Of a stretch of DNA of 61,233 bases, positions 9,315-20,344 are shown in pieces. The notes beneath the pieces were generated by a model, which was not told the DNA's origin, did not search any database, and saw only the letters and a program-made list of their open reading frames with translations. A program made the position numbers and the translations under genes. Numbering within the stretch: position 1 is the first letter of the stretch; the number at the start of each line of letters is the position of its first letter. Source of the DNA: a virus. Its lineage: Duplodnaviria; Caudoviricetes. The stretch lies in the IMG/VR virus record IMGVR_UViG_3300047550_005071, positions 1 to 61,233 of that record. One strand, 5' to 3'.

Positions 9315-10998
9315 CTATCAAAGGTTTAAATGTTACATCAGTCTCTCCAAGTAGAGCTTCGTTATAATTAACACCTTCAGGTATTAATCTAAATACCGCA
9401 TCTGTAAATGGGTATTGGGCTGTGTTGAAAAATGGATAGTCTACACCTCTATTCTGCTCATCTATGAATCCATAAGTATACAAATCTCTCCATCTAAATT
9501 CTTGGTCTTGCGTTGAGTAATAAGCCCAACTTGGTACCCCATCAACTGTTCCAACGTCTCCAGTTTCAACATAATCTGAAAAGACTCTGATAATCATCTG
9601 TGTATGAGGTTTGTAGTAGAAACCAGGTGAATTTGTGTCCGTTGTATTTGTAGTTTGAAAAACGTTTTGATTATATTTTATCTTGTGGTAAAAAGGGGAA
9701 ACTACTCTTTCGACTTGTGTATAATCATTCCATTCACAAAAATCTCCATCTATTAAATCTCCTTTTTTCAGGTCATCATTATAATAAAAAGTTTTAGTGA
9801 CCCCACTCGTTTTTGTATATGCCGATGTTCGTATATTGGTATTAGAATTTATATTATTTAAATCCCACCAAGGATTTACCTTTTTGGATAAATTAAACTC
9901 CCATCCTTGTTTAAGACCAATATTGTTATTTGGTTGGTTGAAATAACCCGAATAACCTTTATTGATAATTGAAAGATTAAGTTGACTTAATGGTCTGTTG
10001 TGGTTGTCTCTTATTCCTGCCAAATCCAAATCATATGCAACTGAAAATGAATACGCATTACTACTTGTCTTTTGTGTAACTCGAGATAGGTTGTTTGGTG
10101 TTAAAGAACTGAATTGATATTTTTTTTCTTCGTTGAAAACATTCTTTTCGAATCCTGCCTTAGTTACAATGATGTCTTCTATATTTGTTAATACTTTTAA
10201 CTTTTTTACATAATATTTCGACGTTGTTTCTAGTATGTTATCAGGATTTATTATACGTTTGAAAGTTCCTCTTGTTCCATTGTTAAATGTATTTCCAGTA
10301 TATCCAACATTGAGAACATTGAAAACATATTCATCACTGTTTACAAGTCCATTACCTAGAGAATAAACCTGGAATATATTATTATTTCTATAACTAAAAG
10401 ATAATTGTACATATTCGTTAGGTATAACTCCGTGTGGCGCAATACAATTAAAAGTGATAAGATTATTACCGTTAGTTTCAGTGTTTGTAATTTCGAAAGG
10501 TATTCCATCTCCAGCGACCCAATTTATGGGTGTAGTATTTGAATAATACGTTAATTGTTTGTTGAATTGGTTTTCATAATCATATGTAATATAATACATC
10601 CAATTATAAGTCATCGCACTTTTGGCTTTATATGAAAAGTGTTGGTCTTGTACATCGGGTCTAAAAAAATCAAACTCATAGAATTGCGGATAACCTTTCC
10701 ATAAACCTGATACTACTGAATTTTCATTATCTATCAAATAAAGATTATTTCTGAAAGGAATGTAACCTGTAGTTCCTGTATAGGTATTAGCATATAGATA
10801 ACTTATTTTGAATGTTGGTCTAAATACCGTACAACTTTGTCTTTCGTCATCATAAACTTGAGCAAGACTCAAGGTTTGACTTCTATCGTACTCGGTAAGT
10901 TCTTGTTGTTTTGAATTTAAACTCAAGGAGATTTGCTCATCCAAAAATGGTGCACTCTTGTATCTGAGATTACTCGGAACTATCGTGTAATTATTCAT
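9301..10998 (-). CDS. Hypothetical virion/baseplate protein
   Basis: 565-aa ORF, N/T/Y-rich, overlaps its neighbours in the structural operon. Confidence 0.6.
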   Translation of the reverse strand: MNNYTIVPSNLRYKSAPFLDEQISLSLNSKQQELTEYDRSQTLSLAQVYDDERQSCTVFRPTFKISYLYANTYTGTTGYIPFRNNLYLIDNENSVVSGLWKGYPQFYEFDFFRPDVQDQHFSYKAKSAMTYNWMYYITYDYENQFNKQLTYYSNTTPINWVAGDGIPFEITNTETNGNNLITFNCIAPHGVIPNEYVQLSFSYRNNNIFQVYSLGNGLVNSDEYVFNVLNVGYTGNTFNNGTRGTFKRIINPDNILETTSKYYVKKLKVLTNIEDIIVTKAGFEKNVFNEEKKYQFSSLTPNNLSRVTQKTSSNAYSFSVAYDLDLAGIRDNHNRPLSQLNLSIINKGYSGYFNQPNNNIGLKQGWEFNLSKKVNPWWDLNNINSNTNIRTSAYTKTSGVTKTFYYNDDLKKGDLIDGDFCEWNDYTQVERVVSPFYHKIKYNQNVFQTTNTTDTNSPGFYYKPHTQMIIRVFSDYVETGDVGTVDGVPSWAYYSTQDQEFRWRDLYTYGFIDEQNRGVDYPFFNTAQYPFTDAVFRLIPEGVNYNEALLGETDVTFKPLIDGCE

Positions 10999-13900
10999 CT
11001 ATCGAATACTTTGTTTTGAATTTATCGAGTGCTGTCTCTCCCTTTATAACACCAAAATAAAACTGATAAGGGGCTCCCACCATGAACATAGTTGAAAAAG
11101 TCCCTGCCTGTGCTTGATAAACAGCATAGTTTTGATTTTGGTCAACTGCAAATATGTATCCTCTTTGGTATATGTCTCCAACGTTGTTATATCCACTATT
11201 AAAATATGCTGGTGAAGCTGTAAATCTTCTACTTAGAGCTTGGTATCTGTATGATATAATTCCATTTCCAATATCTGTTTTCCAATCGTTACCCTCTGAA
11301 CCGAAGACTCCTCCTGTTGAACCACTAAGTCCCCATTGGTAGAAAGGAACCTTTTGAGATTTCAACTCAAATGGATAGGTTATTGCATTTATATTATTTG
11401 TTGGTCTGAAATCTATTAATCCTGGTGAAACAAAATCTTTATTTTGTAGGTCTTCAGTTGTAGAAGAAAAGAAAACACCTATTGCTGGATTTCCAGCGGT
11501 ACCTGCCACAACAACTGGTTGTCCAACCTGTCCTGTTATTGCATAATATTCGGGTGAAAATGGTATAACACCATACTCTGAATTAATCGACATTGCTTGA
11601 GCCAAGTCACCATCTATTCTCTTTTGAGGTCTTGAAAAAAGTTGATTTAGATTATTGTTTGGGTTAAATCCAGCAAACAATCTTCTCAAAAAGGTTTCAT
11701 CTGTAATCCTTGAAATCACAAATAAGTTAACCAAATCAGAAGTATCTGAATATGTTGTAGGATTCAGTGACTTCATAATATATGCTCTTGCGGATGGGTC
11801 AAATATAATTTCTTGATAAAATGAATCTTTATACCCCAAGTTGATAATGGTTGTAGGAAACAAAAGATTCCTTTTATTTACTGGTTCTCTAAGAAAATAA
11901 GGTACGTTTGGTGTAAGAGGTCTTGATTGACCTGTAAGTGGTCTACCGATAAATTGTCCATTTAAAACTGTGCCTTCCCACGGGGAGCTTCTGTAATAGA
12001 AATTATTTGTTTTTGAATCAAAATAAACAAGCTCTTTTGCAAATATTGGCGGCTTGGGTTTATTTTGTTTATCATAAAAGGTATCTACTTGAATTGGGAA
12101 CGCATAAAGAGTTCCATTAATCCAATTATTTGTAAATGTTTGAGCTAAAACTCCTCTACATAATCCGTAAAAAAATCTAAATCTGAAACCCCACTCGGAC
12201 CATGTTTTCAAGTCTCTACCCAAGTCTAATAAAGGTCTTACCATCATTACATAACATCCGTTTTCTACAGGGTCAGTTTCTTTACAAGTAACATTAATTC
12301 CAAATGTTGACCCGAAACCTGAATAGCACCCTAGTCCAACCATGTTTGAGCAGGTATTCAAACTTGTTAATACCTCATTTTCATAAAGTTGTCCTTCGAT
12401 ATCAGGGCTTACCATGTCCGCACCTGTATCATATCTTGCGGATGTGAAGTCCTCATAATCGGTATTCAAAATATAAGTTGCGAAACCCAAGTTTTTTTGT
12501 AACACTGCCGCGTTTTCATTTAAGTTCCACCCATTTCCGTCAAGTACATCTGAGGTTGGAAGACGGTCAGTCCTCATCACATTGTTGACCTTTGAAGACA
12601 CGCTCAATGGGCTTGCCGTGAATGAACCATAAAGACTTGGCGAAAATACCCTATTATCAATTTGTGATGGTTTTTTAGCCCCTCCGCTAGTTCCAATCCA
12701 AAGTAAACCAACACCTGATAAATCTTCGGAATCATCATATTTATCTCCCGATTTTATGAAACTATAGGTTGAGCTTATAGAGTTACACACTAGCCCCTGT
12801 AATCCATCGAAGTTTTTATATGTTACAAAAAATCCATTATTAATAAAATTCCTATCAAATGCGCTATAGTATCCAACTTTTGATGTTGTATAGGCTGAAA
12901 ATTGATTTCCTGCTTCCCAAAAATACGAAGGGTAAAAAATGTTATTTTGTATTCTATGGTTTTGTACAGATAAACCAGAAGAAATAGGTTGTATTGGAAT
13001 ATTAATTCTTGTTGAAGCGGTGATTACTAAATCATTTTCATTTGATAATCCGAAGATTTTTCCAATACCATATTTGTTATTGTATTTCGGTGAATAAGGG
13101 TCTACTCCTCTTTGAAATATAGTAATATATTGGTTTTCGAATCCTTCGAAATATTGAGGTAAACATCCGTAAGGTGATAACGATTCTTGACCCCAAGCCA
13201 ACATATCTTTAATATTATAATATGTGGTCGTACATCCACTCAGTATTCCAACAAAAGTATTTGGGTTGGAAGTATTCCAAATTTTTATTGCATCGGAAAC
13301 TGTTATAGCGGTAAGGACTTGAAAATATTCAACATCCATTGGATACTTGTAATTGTCTTCTGTGGTTCCCGTGTTCAAAAAATATTGAAGAGTTAAACCT
13401 TGGGTTTGTAAAGATGGATTACAATAAGTTACATTTATTGTTGAAGATGATGTAAATTTTGGAGTTCCACTTATCCCTGTAATGAAATTATCTCCAGTCT
13501 GCGCGGTATATGTATAGTTTACGTCTTGGGAAGACAGAGGATTTACAAAAGTAAAAAGTGTTCCAGATTCGATTTTATCTACTGTTAAAACAGTCAGTGT
13601 ATTATCTAAATGACTTTTTCCGATATTACCAAGATGGTTGAAACTTACAGAAATTCTATTCAATCCTTCAAAGTATTTTGACCTTGCATTGAAAGTGTTA
13701 ATCCTGTCTCCATAAGTCATGTCGGTGCTGTATGAAAAGACTTTCTTTGGAGTACCCAAAACTGTTGTTGTATCAGGTAGTCTGAGTTCTTGCGACTCTG
13801 GTGCTTTGTAGATGAAATTATCATTTTTAGGTTCAGCTCTTCCTGCTAAACTTTGACTGAATACTGTCGCTAAAACAGCTGCATCATCCTCCGAAGCGCC

Positions 13901-15862
13901 CACTATTGTCTTTGCCACCAATTTTTCATAATACAATCCAGGATTTGTTACTTGTGTTAATAAACTTGACCCATCGACTCCACCAGCTTCACTAGTGTTT
14001 TCTTCATCACAATCACAAGCTTGGCAATCAGGGTATTGAATCATCGGTATTTTAAACTTACCGAATCTATACTTGGTAATTTTTCTGAAGTTCCTGATAC
14101 ATACTATCGCCAAAACTAAATAAACAATACCTTTGAAAATGAATTGTGGTATCAATCCAATAGCAGGAAACGCGGTCGCCGCTGAAATAAATTCATATAT
14201 CGATTGTCTGAATAAAAAGGCAATAATAAGGGCCAAGAAGGGTACCGCGAAATTATTCCAAAGGAATGCAATAAAGTGAAATACTACTAAAAGAGGTATA
14301 CCAACAAGTTGTAAAACTTGTATTATAAGAGCGAACAAAAAATATAATAAATCGAAATTTCTAAATCCTTCATTTACAGGAAACTTATTCACAGTGCTCT
14401 CACACTCTTGGCTATCTATTTCTTTAATACCAATAAATCTTCCTTTAGCCCCATTCTTAAACTCATCAATAAAACTTGAAACAGTATACACTTTATTGAA
14501 TATAAATTCATAAAATGAGTCCTCACAATTTATAACCTCATTCAATCTGTCTATTTGTTCTTGTCCACTAAAACCTTGTGTGTAACCTGACCAATCAAGA
14601 CCAAAATAATAAGTACTATTTAATTTATCCTTCTGTGTTTGTGAAGCTTGTGATGCAATATTTGGGTCTTGGTTTTGATTATTCCATCCATATTCTTTAA
14701 TATTCGGAATCAAATAGTATGGTCTTCTTGTTTGCTCGCTAAGTGTTGGTGGTTGTTGCCATTTTATTTTAAATCTATACCTACCTTTTGTTGGAATTCC
14801 AATTGTAGGGTCATTGGATAAAACTCTTTCTCCAAACTCGTTTGTTATAATATAATCCAAGTTCATGGGTAGTTCGGTCAACCACACTCCATTTCCATCT
14901 ATTACATTTCCAGCTTGTTCGAGTTCATATTGTTCAAGTATAGGATTACCGTCTTTATCTTGTTGAATTGTTTGTCTTAATGCGAGAATTTGTCCAGGCC
15001 CTGTTGTTAGTTGGCACAAATTACCCATATTGTCTTTGGGTTTTGCGTTTCTTCTAACTCTCATTTGGTCTGTAGTTGATGCAAGAGACCCCATGAAAAC
15101 TGCGGTGGGCTGAATATCTATATTTGCGTCGTCTCTCAAATCAAAGTCGACACGATTGATTGCAATTTGGCAGGTGTCGGGGTCGCCCCATAATGGAGAA
15201 ACTTCAACGCTTTTTGTGAGGTTAACTATTTGAGGTAAAGAATTTAAATCAGTCGAGGTTCTAAATCTGTTACCAGCCACTTGTCCTTCTGTTGCTCTTC
15301 CTACTCTTATCAAATCTTGAGGTGTTAAAGAAAATTCACCAATATCTGATAAATCAACATCCATAACTAATTGTTGGGTACCAACAGGAACACCCATAAT
15401 CATGTAGTCACCACTTTCGTTTGTCTTGGATGTGAATTTGTAGTATTTGTCGTAGATTTCTACTGCAGTAGCTCCAGTAAGCGCGTCAGTCCTAGTAGGT
15501 AATGTCCCCGAGGCTGCGTGTCCTGTATATGATGGCTCGTATGGTAATAGATTATATCTATATCCATCTTCATTCTTATCTGTTGGGGACTTGTACGGAT
15601 AAATGCTTGAGATTACAGGATTTGATTCATCTACTTGGTCAACAGAAATGAAAACAGAAACTCTGGCGTTTGGTAATCCCAATCCATTATTTGCTGTAAC
15701 TCTTCCTACAATTACCCCATAATCAGCACAAGCTCTTGTATAAACATCCGTTTGTTGGATGGTCAAAGACAAGATTTCTAAAAACTCAAAATCTTGGTCT
15801 AACTGGAGATTTAATGTTTTGTTTACACCTAATTCGGTTCTAATTCTGTAGGACTGACCCAT
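10991..15862 (-). CDS. Large virion protein with N-terminal carboxypeptidase-regulatory-like domain and an internal multi-helix hydrophobic segment
   Basis: ATG at 15862; VIVGRVTANNGLGLPNARVSVF...TNESGDYMIMGVPVG; about 90-aa hydrophobic stretch followed by CQACDC. Confidence 0.6.
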   Translation of the reverse strand: MGQSYRIRTELGVNKTLNLQLDQDFEFLEILSLTIQQTDVYTRACADYGVIVGRVTANNGLGLPNARVSVFISVDQVDESNPVISSIYPYKSPTDKNEDGYRYNLLPYEPSYTGHAASGTLPTRTDALTGATAVEIYDKYYKFTSKTNESGDYMIMGVPVGTQQLVMDVDLSDIGEFSLTPQDLIRVGRATEGQVAGNRFRTSTDLNSLPQIVNLTKSVEVSPLWGDPDTCQIAINRVDFDLRDDANIDIQPTAVFMGSLASTTDQMRVRRNAKPKDNMGNLCQLTTGPGQILALRQTIQQDKDGNPILEQYELEQAGNVIDGNGVWLTELPMNLDYIITNEFGERVLSNDPTIGIPTKGRYRFKIKWQQPPTLSEQTRRPYYLIPNIKEYGWNNQNQDPNIASQASQTQKDKLNSTYYFGLDWSGYTQGFSGQEQIDRLNEVINCEDSFYEFIFNKVYTVSSFIDEFKNGAKGRFIGIKEIDSQECESTVNKFPVNEGFRNFDLLYFLFALIIQVLQLVGIPLLVVFHFIAFLWNNFAVPFLALIIAFLFRQSIYEFISAATAFPAIGLIPQFIFKGIVYLVLAIVCIRNFRKITKYRFGKFKIPMIQYPDCQACDCDEENTSEAGGVDGSSLLTQVTNPGLYYEKLVAKTIVGASEDDAAVLATVFSQSLAGRAEPKNDNFIYKAPESQELRLPDTTTVLGTPKKVFSYSTDMTYGDRINTFNARSKYFEGLNRISVSFNHLGNIGKSHLDNTLTVLTVDKIESGTLFTFVNPLSSQDVNYTYTAQTGDNFITGISGTPKFTSSSTINVTYCNPSLQTQGLTLQYFLNTGTTEDNYKYPMDVEYFQVLTAITVSDAIKIWNTSNPNTFVGILSGCTTTYYNIKDMLAWGQESLSPYGCLPQYFEGFENQYITIFQRGVDPYSPKYNNKYGIGKIFGLSNENDLVITASTRINIPIQPISSGLSVQNHRIQNNIFYPSYFWEAGNQFSAYTTSKVGYYSAFDRNFINNGFFVTYKNFDGLQGLVCNSISSTYSFIKSGDKYDDSEDLSGVGLLWIGTSGGAKKPSQIDNRVFSPSLYGSFTASPLSVSSKVNNVMRTDRLPTSDVLDGNGWNLNENAAVLQKNLGFATYILNTDYEDFTSARYDTGADMVSPDIEGQLYENEVLTSLNTCSNMVGLGCYSGFGSTFGINVTCKETDPVENGCYVMMVRPLLDLGRDLKTWSEWGFRFRFFYGLCRGVLAQTFTNNWINGTLYAFPIQVDTFYDKQNKPKPPIFAKELVYFDSKTNNFYYRSSPWEGTVLNGQFIGRPLTGQSRPLTPNVPYFLREPVNKRNLLFPTTIINLGYKDSFYQEIIFDPSARAYIMKSLNPTTYSDTSDLVNLFVISRITDETFLRRLFAGFNPNNNLNQLFSRPQKRIDGDLAQAMSINSEYGVIPFSPEYYAITGQVGQPVVVAGTAGNPAIGVFFSSTTEDLQNKDFVSPGLIDFRPTNNINAITYPFELKSQKVPFYQWGLSGSTGGVFGSEGNDWKTDIGNGIISYRYQALSRRFTASPAYFNSGYNNVGDIYQRGYIFAVDQNQNYAVYQAQAGTFSTMFMVGAPYQFYFGVIKGETALDKFKTKYSIDE

Positions 15863-15956
15863 CAAATTCTTTAATCAATAAATAGTTTAAGTGTAATTTT
15901 CCAAGGACATAATTACACATCATAAAAATAGGTCAAACTGACTTTAAATAAACTAA

Positions 15957-17795
15957 TTAAGAAAAAGTAGTAGATTGAAAATTCTTTACAGTAACTCGTA
16001 CATCTTTTGCAGGATATCTAATCTGGTAAACTTGTGAGGGTTGTGCAAAAATTGTATTATCAACAGGTTGAATTTGTTTTGTTTCAGGGTCTTCATACAA
16101 CATAGATGTTTCAGCAGATGAATATTGACCTCCTACCTTATTAAAAACTTTAATTTCGGTTACAGATAAAACACCATTTTCATTCTGTACTAAACTACTC
16201 AATTCGGAGATGTTTACGTTCTGTCCAAGTTGTCTCACTTGTGGGTCCATGTAGGCAGAGATTCTATCAACAACGGAAGCAATAACCTGACCTGAATTTT
16301 GTGCGGAATCCAAGACAATAGAAATATCAAAACCTAAGTCAATTACCTCGGCTGAGAATATTGAAATATAATCATTCATCATTCTGTAGTTAGATAAATA
16401 AGTTGCAACATTTTGTCTCAACGTATTTGAGACCATATTGGTTAGTTTACCTGATGAGTCGTAGGAAAGAAGTTGAATCAATATCTTGTTGTCGTTTTCA
16501 GTTATTGAAACTTTCGCGGGTGCTCCATATTCAGAAGGCATCGTTCTAATTAAAGATTCATAGTCTCTTATGGTAACCGCTCTTTTTTGGGCTGCAAAAT
16601 TATAAGTCACATAGTTTCTAACTTCCTCTACTGATGGTACACCCGCTCCACCCACTGCTGCGGTTACGTTTGTACATCTTAGAGAATTAACTACAGCTGA
16701 GTTAGTTGACTCAGAAGGACCATTTACATAAAATGAGACTGTTCCAATTTGATTTATAACATTAGTTCCAAGGTTTGTGGCTAACCCTCCTCCAACTCTA
16801 TATTGAATGAATAAAGTTGAATTTGGAACCAAAGTAGAACCAAGTGAAATATTGTTTGAATATCTTTGTATATCGGCAGTAACCCCCAAAGTTGTAAACT
16901 CATTAAGTGCGTCTTGAGCAGTATTAGTTCCCCCACCAAAAGTCAATTTTTTGAAACCTTCGGCTGTAAATTCACTTATAAATCTATTTGCTGTTTGTAT
17001 ATATTTTCCAACTTTGATACCTGGTTGGTCTGAAACTTTTGTAGGGTCTTCAACAAATATTCTGTCTTCGGCTAATGTATCAACTTCATACCATCTGTTT
17101 TGTGCACCCAAGAATTCAGCAACTGAAGGTACATTTGTATATTCTGTTCCGTTTTTTAATAACACACTTGTAATACCTAAAACATTTTTTTCAGGTAAGA
17201 ATAGTTCAAAAAATGGTTTTACGTCATTTGGCGTGATAACTCTTTTGAATACTTTTGTTATACCGTTAACAACAAGTTCTCTTTTGGTTATAGTATAATT
17301 AATTAAGACGTTGTTTGCGTTGAAGTTTGGTATTTTCAATCTATTTGGAAAACCTTGTGAATTGTATGGTGATGCGAAATCAATATCGTTTATGTTCTCG
17401 AACACTATTCCAGCACCTACAACCTGTGAGCCTCTTGTTAAAACTCCCAAATATCTTTCATCTTCTTTATCCCCAAAAGCAGGAACTGTTATTGAAAAAT
17501 CAACTAACGACACAGATGGTCTTTGACCAGGGACTTTCAGTCCGTAGGTTCTTGCTATATTATAAACTGATGACCTTTGCTGTGCATATTGAAGTACAGT
17601 TTCTTGGATACTTCTATCAATATTGTAGTTCAAGTTGTCTGCAACAGCCGCATTCAAATCCAAGAAAACAGAAAAGACAGACGCGTCATTGAAATCTTGA
17701 ATAAGTTCAGGATAATATGTTCTTACATAGTTGAGTAACTCAGTTCTTATTGCCTGATAATCTCTTGTTGCGTATGATATTTTTCTGTTTGCCAT
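15957..17795 (-). CDS. gp6: Baseplate wedge subunit (T4 gp6 / baseplate J-like)
   Basis: RDYQAIRTELLNYVRTYYPE..DFNDAS; AQKRAVTIRDYE; directly follows the gp25-like gene. Confidence 0.85.
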   Translation of the reverse strand: MANRKISYATRDYQAIRTELLNYVRTYYPELIQDFNDASVFSVFLDLNAAVADNLNYNIDRSIQETVLQYAQQRSSVYNIARTYGLKVPGQRPSVSLVDFSITVPAFGDKEDERYLGVLTRGSQVVGAGIVFENINDIDFASPYNSQGFPNRLKIPNFNANNVLINYTITKRELVVNGITKVFKRVITPNDVKPFFELFLPEKNVLGITSVLLKNGTEYTNVPSVAEFLGAQNRWYEVDTLAEDRIFVEDPTKVSDQPGIKVGKYIQTANRFISEFTAEGFKKLTFGGGTNTAQDALNEFTTLGVTADIQRYSNNISLGSTLVPNSTLFIQYRVGGGLATNLGTNVINQIGTVSFYVNGPSESTNSAVVNSLRCTNVTAAVGGAGVPSVEEVRNYVTYNFAAQKRAVTIRDYESLIRTMPSEYGAPAKVSITENDNKILIQLLSYDSSGKLTNMVSNTLRQNVATYLSNYRMMNDYISIFSAEVIDLGFDISIVLDSAQNSGQVIASVVDRISAYMDPQVRQLGQNVNISELSSLVQNENGVLSVTEIKVFNKVGGQYSSAETSMLYEDPETKQIQPVDNTIFAQPSQVYQIRYPAKDVRVTVKNFQSTTFS

Positions 17796-17800
17796 CTATG

Positions 17801-18271
17801 TTAAATATTGATAATAACGAAATCACTTTGTCCAAACGCATTTCGTTCCGTTGAATAATCTATTCTCACTTTAGCTGTATATTCAGACGTACCCTTTCCT
17901 GGCACTCTATATATGTCGTACATTCTTGGGTCTGCATTTGTTCTACTTGTTGTTGACGGTACTTCATCGTCTATGTTGGCTGGTTCTATAGTAATACTAT
18001 TCAACAAAAGTTGTGGCATAAATTGAGATACAGCGTCTCTAATGTCTGATTCTATCGCATCGAAAGTCAAACCATCATAAGGTTCGAATATAAATTCGTA
18101 AAGTCTCGTACCAAATTCAGGTAGATAATACCTTGAACCCTTTCTAGTTAGAAGTAAATGTATGAGGTCGGCTTTAATTTGTTGAGTTTCAAATTCTGTA
18201 AGCGCTAGATAGTCTCCTTTCCTCGAATCTCTAAAGGGGAAATTTATACCATATGTAATACCATCTGCCAT
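17801..18271 (-). CDS. gp25: Baseplate wedge / sheath initiator (GPW/gp25 family)
   Basis: IKADLIHLLLTRKGSRYYLPEFGTRLYEFIFEP motif. Confidence 0.9.
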   Translation of the reverse strand: MADGITYGINFPFRDSRKGDYLALTEFETQQIKADLIHLLLTRKGSRYYLPEFGTRLYEFIFEPYDGLTFDAIESDIRDAVSQFMPQLLLNSITIEPANIDDEVPSTTSRTNADPRMYDIYRVPGKGTSEYTAKVRIDYSTERNAFGQSDFVIINI

Positions 18272-18292
18272 ATAGTGATAAATATACTTTGA

Positions 18293-18478
18293 TTATTTTT
18301 TTATTGTAGTATTACCTTTTTCTGCTCTTGGTTCGTAAGGGCAATGTCTACATCCGTTACCGCAACAATATCCTCGATTTAAATGATATTCTTCAGTCAT
18401 TACTTTTCTACCATTTTCCAAGTAGAAATAAGAAGGGAGAAGTTTTGGCTTCTCCCTTTTATTTTTTTTGTTTTCCAT
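18293..18478 (-). CDS. Small Cys-rich protein (DUF5522-like, likely metal-binding)
   Basis: YFYLENGRKVMTEEYHLNRGYCCGNGCRHCPY. Confidence 0.75.
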   Translation of the reverse strand: MENKKNKREKPKLLPSYFYLENGRKVMTEEYHLNRGYCCGNGCRHCPYEPRAEKGNTTIKK

Positions 18479-18481
18479 AGG

Positions 18482-20344
18482 TTATACCAATGTAATCTCA
18501 CATGCTCCACCAGCACATGCTAATTCACCACTCAAATCTGTTTCGTCATTATTCTCAACAATTTTGGATAAATCAACATCTTTAAGTGCGAGCATCAATT
18601 CTTCATATTTTTCTTTAGTACAATCTTCGAAAGGTGCTTGTACATATGTTCCACCGTTGTAAGGTAAACATGATAAACCATTATAATGTTCTTTGTTTTC
18701 CCACATCCACTCTCCAACCGCTGGCCATTCGTGCTCGCGAATGGAAATTGTCGCAGATACGTTGTGAGCGTTGGAACCACTTCTATGACCAGGTCTAATC
18801 CATTCTTGTTGAACTTTCTTTACTCTTTCAAGTAATTGAATCGGTGATTCATTTCTAAGAATAGACCCTTCAGGTGCTTTTTGTGGGATACTGATTACCG
18901 CTGTGTCGTGAGGTCTGAAATATTCATCTTCAACTAGCTCAGGATGATTTTCCTTGAGGTAAGAATAGATAGATTCGTTCTTTCCAACTCTAACTCTTCT
19001 GATGTAGTAATCGTTATGCCAAGCGTGAATTCCTGATGATGTACCTAATGTTAGTGATGTGGTACCAGCTGGTTTAACAGTTGTTGTTCTTGCTGCTTTG
19101 TTGATACCGATTAGATTAGCCACTCTTTCATTCTCTTCTTTAACCACTCTTGATGCAGATTTCATGTTAAGACCTAAAACCGCACCTGAACCGATACCAG
19201 TCATTGAGATACCTACAAGAGCGTCTTTTTCGGTTGTTCTCTGCCAAATTGGTCTGAGATAATGAAAATCAGTATATCCTGCTTGTAATGTTCCAATGAA
19301 TGAAGCTGCTCTTACTCTATCCTCATAGTCTTCTTGTGATACCACGTTAGATACATTAACCTCAGTTAAATTACAGAATTGGAATGGTCTGAGTGCGATT
19401 TCACAACAAGGGTTAGTTCCCCAATCTTTGTCGTTACTCAAATAGATTCCTGGTTCGCCAGCACCACTAGCTTCAATTCTTTTCCACAACTCCATGAAAT
19501 ACTCTTTGGTGATTTTGTGTCTCATAAGAACTGCTGAGTTATTTGCTCTACCTCTTTGAGGGTTTGTTTCCCACCAAGCTCCACTTTTACTACCAATCAT
19601 ATCTTCGTCGGTTGCAGAGAACAAACATATTAGTGCCGCTCTTCTAATACCACCAGCAAGAACAGCGTCAGCTATGTGGCAAACCATATCGTGAACTTCA
19701 ATTGGAGTTAATTTATCTCCATCCTCTTTGGAGTCTAGAATCCCTTCAAGTTTAATGATACATTCTTTCAATGGTTGAGGACCAGGTGCTTTACCTCCTG
19801 ATGTTACAAGTCTTGCTCCCTTTGGTCTGATATCGCTATAATCAAAGATTATATGTGAACCTCCGAAGAAATAAGATTTAACTAATACTTTAACAGCGTC
19901 AGCCCATCCTTCAATTGAATCGGCAACTAACCATCTTCTACCTCTCTCTTTGTTTGGTTTTCTAATTTCAGGTAAGACATCTACATGATGTTTTTGTACT
20001 GAGTACCCAACACCCGTTCCTCCTAAAAGTAGAAACATAATTTCTGAAAATACTCTCCAATCATCAATTGGTGCAAACGCACAGTTGTAGATACGGTTTG
20101 GTGAGATTTCAATTGGTTTACCAGCAAACTGCATAGACCTCATTGAGGGTAATACTTGTTTCTTGTAAACGTACTTGTAATTTTCTCTGATTTCTTGTTC
20201 TAATTTTGGATATGACTTTATATGCATCTCCATGTTTCTTGTGACTAACTCTTGCCACGTTTCTCTTCTCTTAAGTTCAGGCATGTACTTAGCGTATTTC
20301 ATATACACTGTAATGTCCGATAAAATCCTGTTCGAAATGTCCAT
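18482..20344 (-). CDS. nrdJ: Class II (adenosylcobalamin-dependent) ribonucleotide reductase, monomeric RTPR-type
   Basis: RRETW N-terminus, YNCAF, TNPCCEI, FCNLTEV, TTTVKPAGT, C-terminal ELACAGGACE; no NrdB gene nearby. Confidence 0.9.
   Translation of the reverse strand: MDISNRILSDITVYMKYAKYMPELKRRETWQELVTRNMEMHIKSYPKLEQEIRENYKYVYKKQVLPSMRSMQFAGKPIEISPNRIYNCAFAPIDDWRVFSEIMFLLLGGTGVGYSVQKHHVDVLPEIRKPNKERGRRWLVADSIEGWADAVKVLVKSYFFGGSHIIFDYSDIRPKGARLVTSGGKAPGPQPLKECIIKLEGILDSKEDGDKLTPIEVHDMVCHIADAVLAGGIRRAALICLFSATDEDMIGSKSGAWWETNPQRGRANNSAVLMRHKITKEYFMELWKRIEASGAGEPGIYLSNDKDWGTNPCCEIALRPFQFCNLTEVNVSNVVSQEDYEDRVRAASFIGTLQAGYTDFHYLRPIWQRTTEKDALVGISMTGIGSGAVLGLNMKSASRVVKEENERVANLIGINKAARTTTVKPAGTTSLTLGTSSGIHAWHNDYYIRRVRVGKNESIYSYLKENHPELVEDEYFRPHDTAVISIPQKAPEGSILRNESPIQLLERVKKVQQEWIRPGHRSGSNAHNVSATISIREHEWPAVGEWMWENKEHYNGLSCLPYNGGTYVQAPFEDCTKEKYEELMLALKDVDLSKIVENNDETDLSGELACAGGACEITLV

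Noticed and set aside
15891-15918. Inverted repeat GTGTAATT-N12-AATTACAC after gp6
   Set aside because: AT-rich 8-bp stem with a large loop and no clear U-tract; too weak to call a terminator or operator
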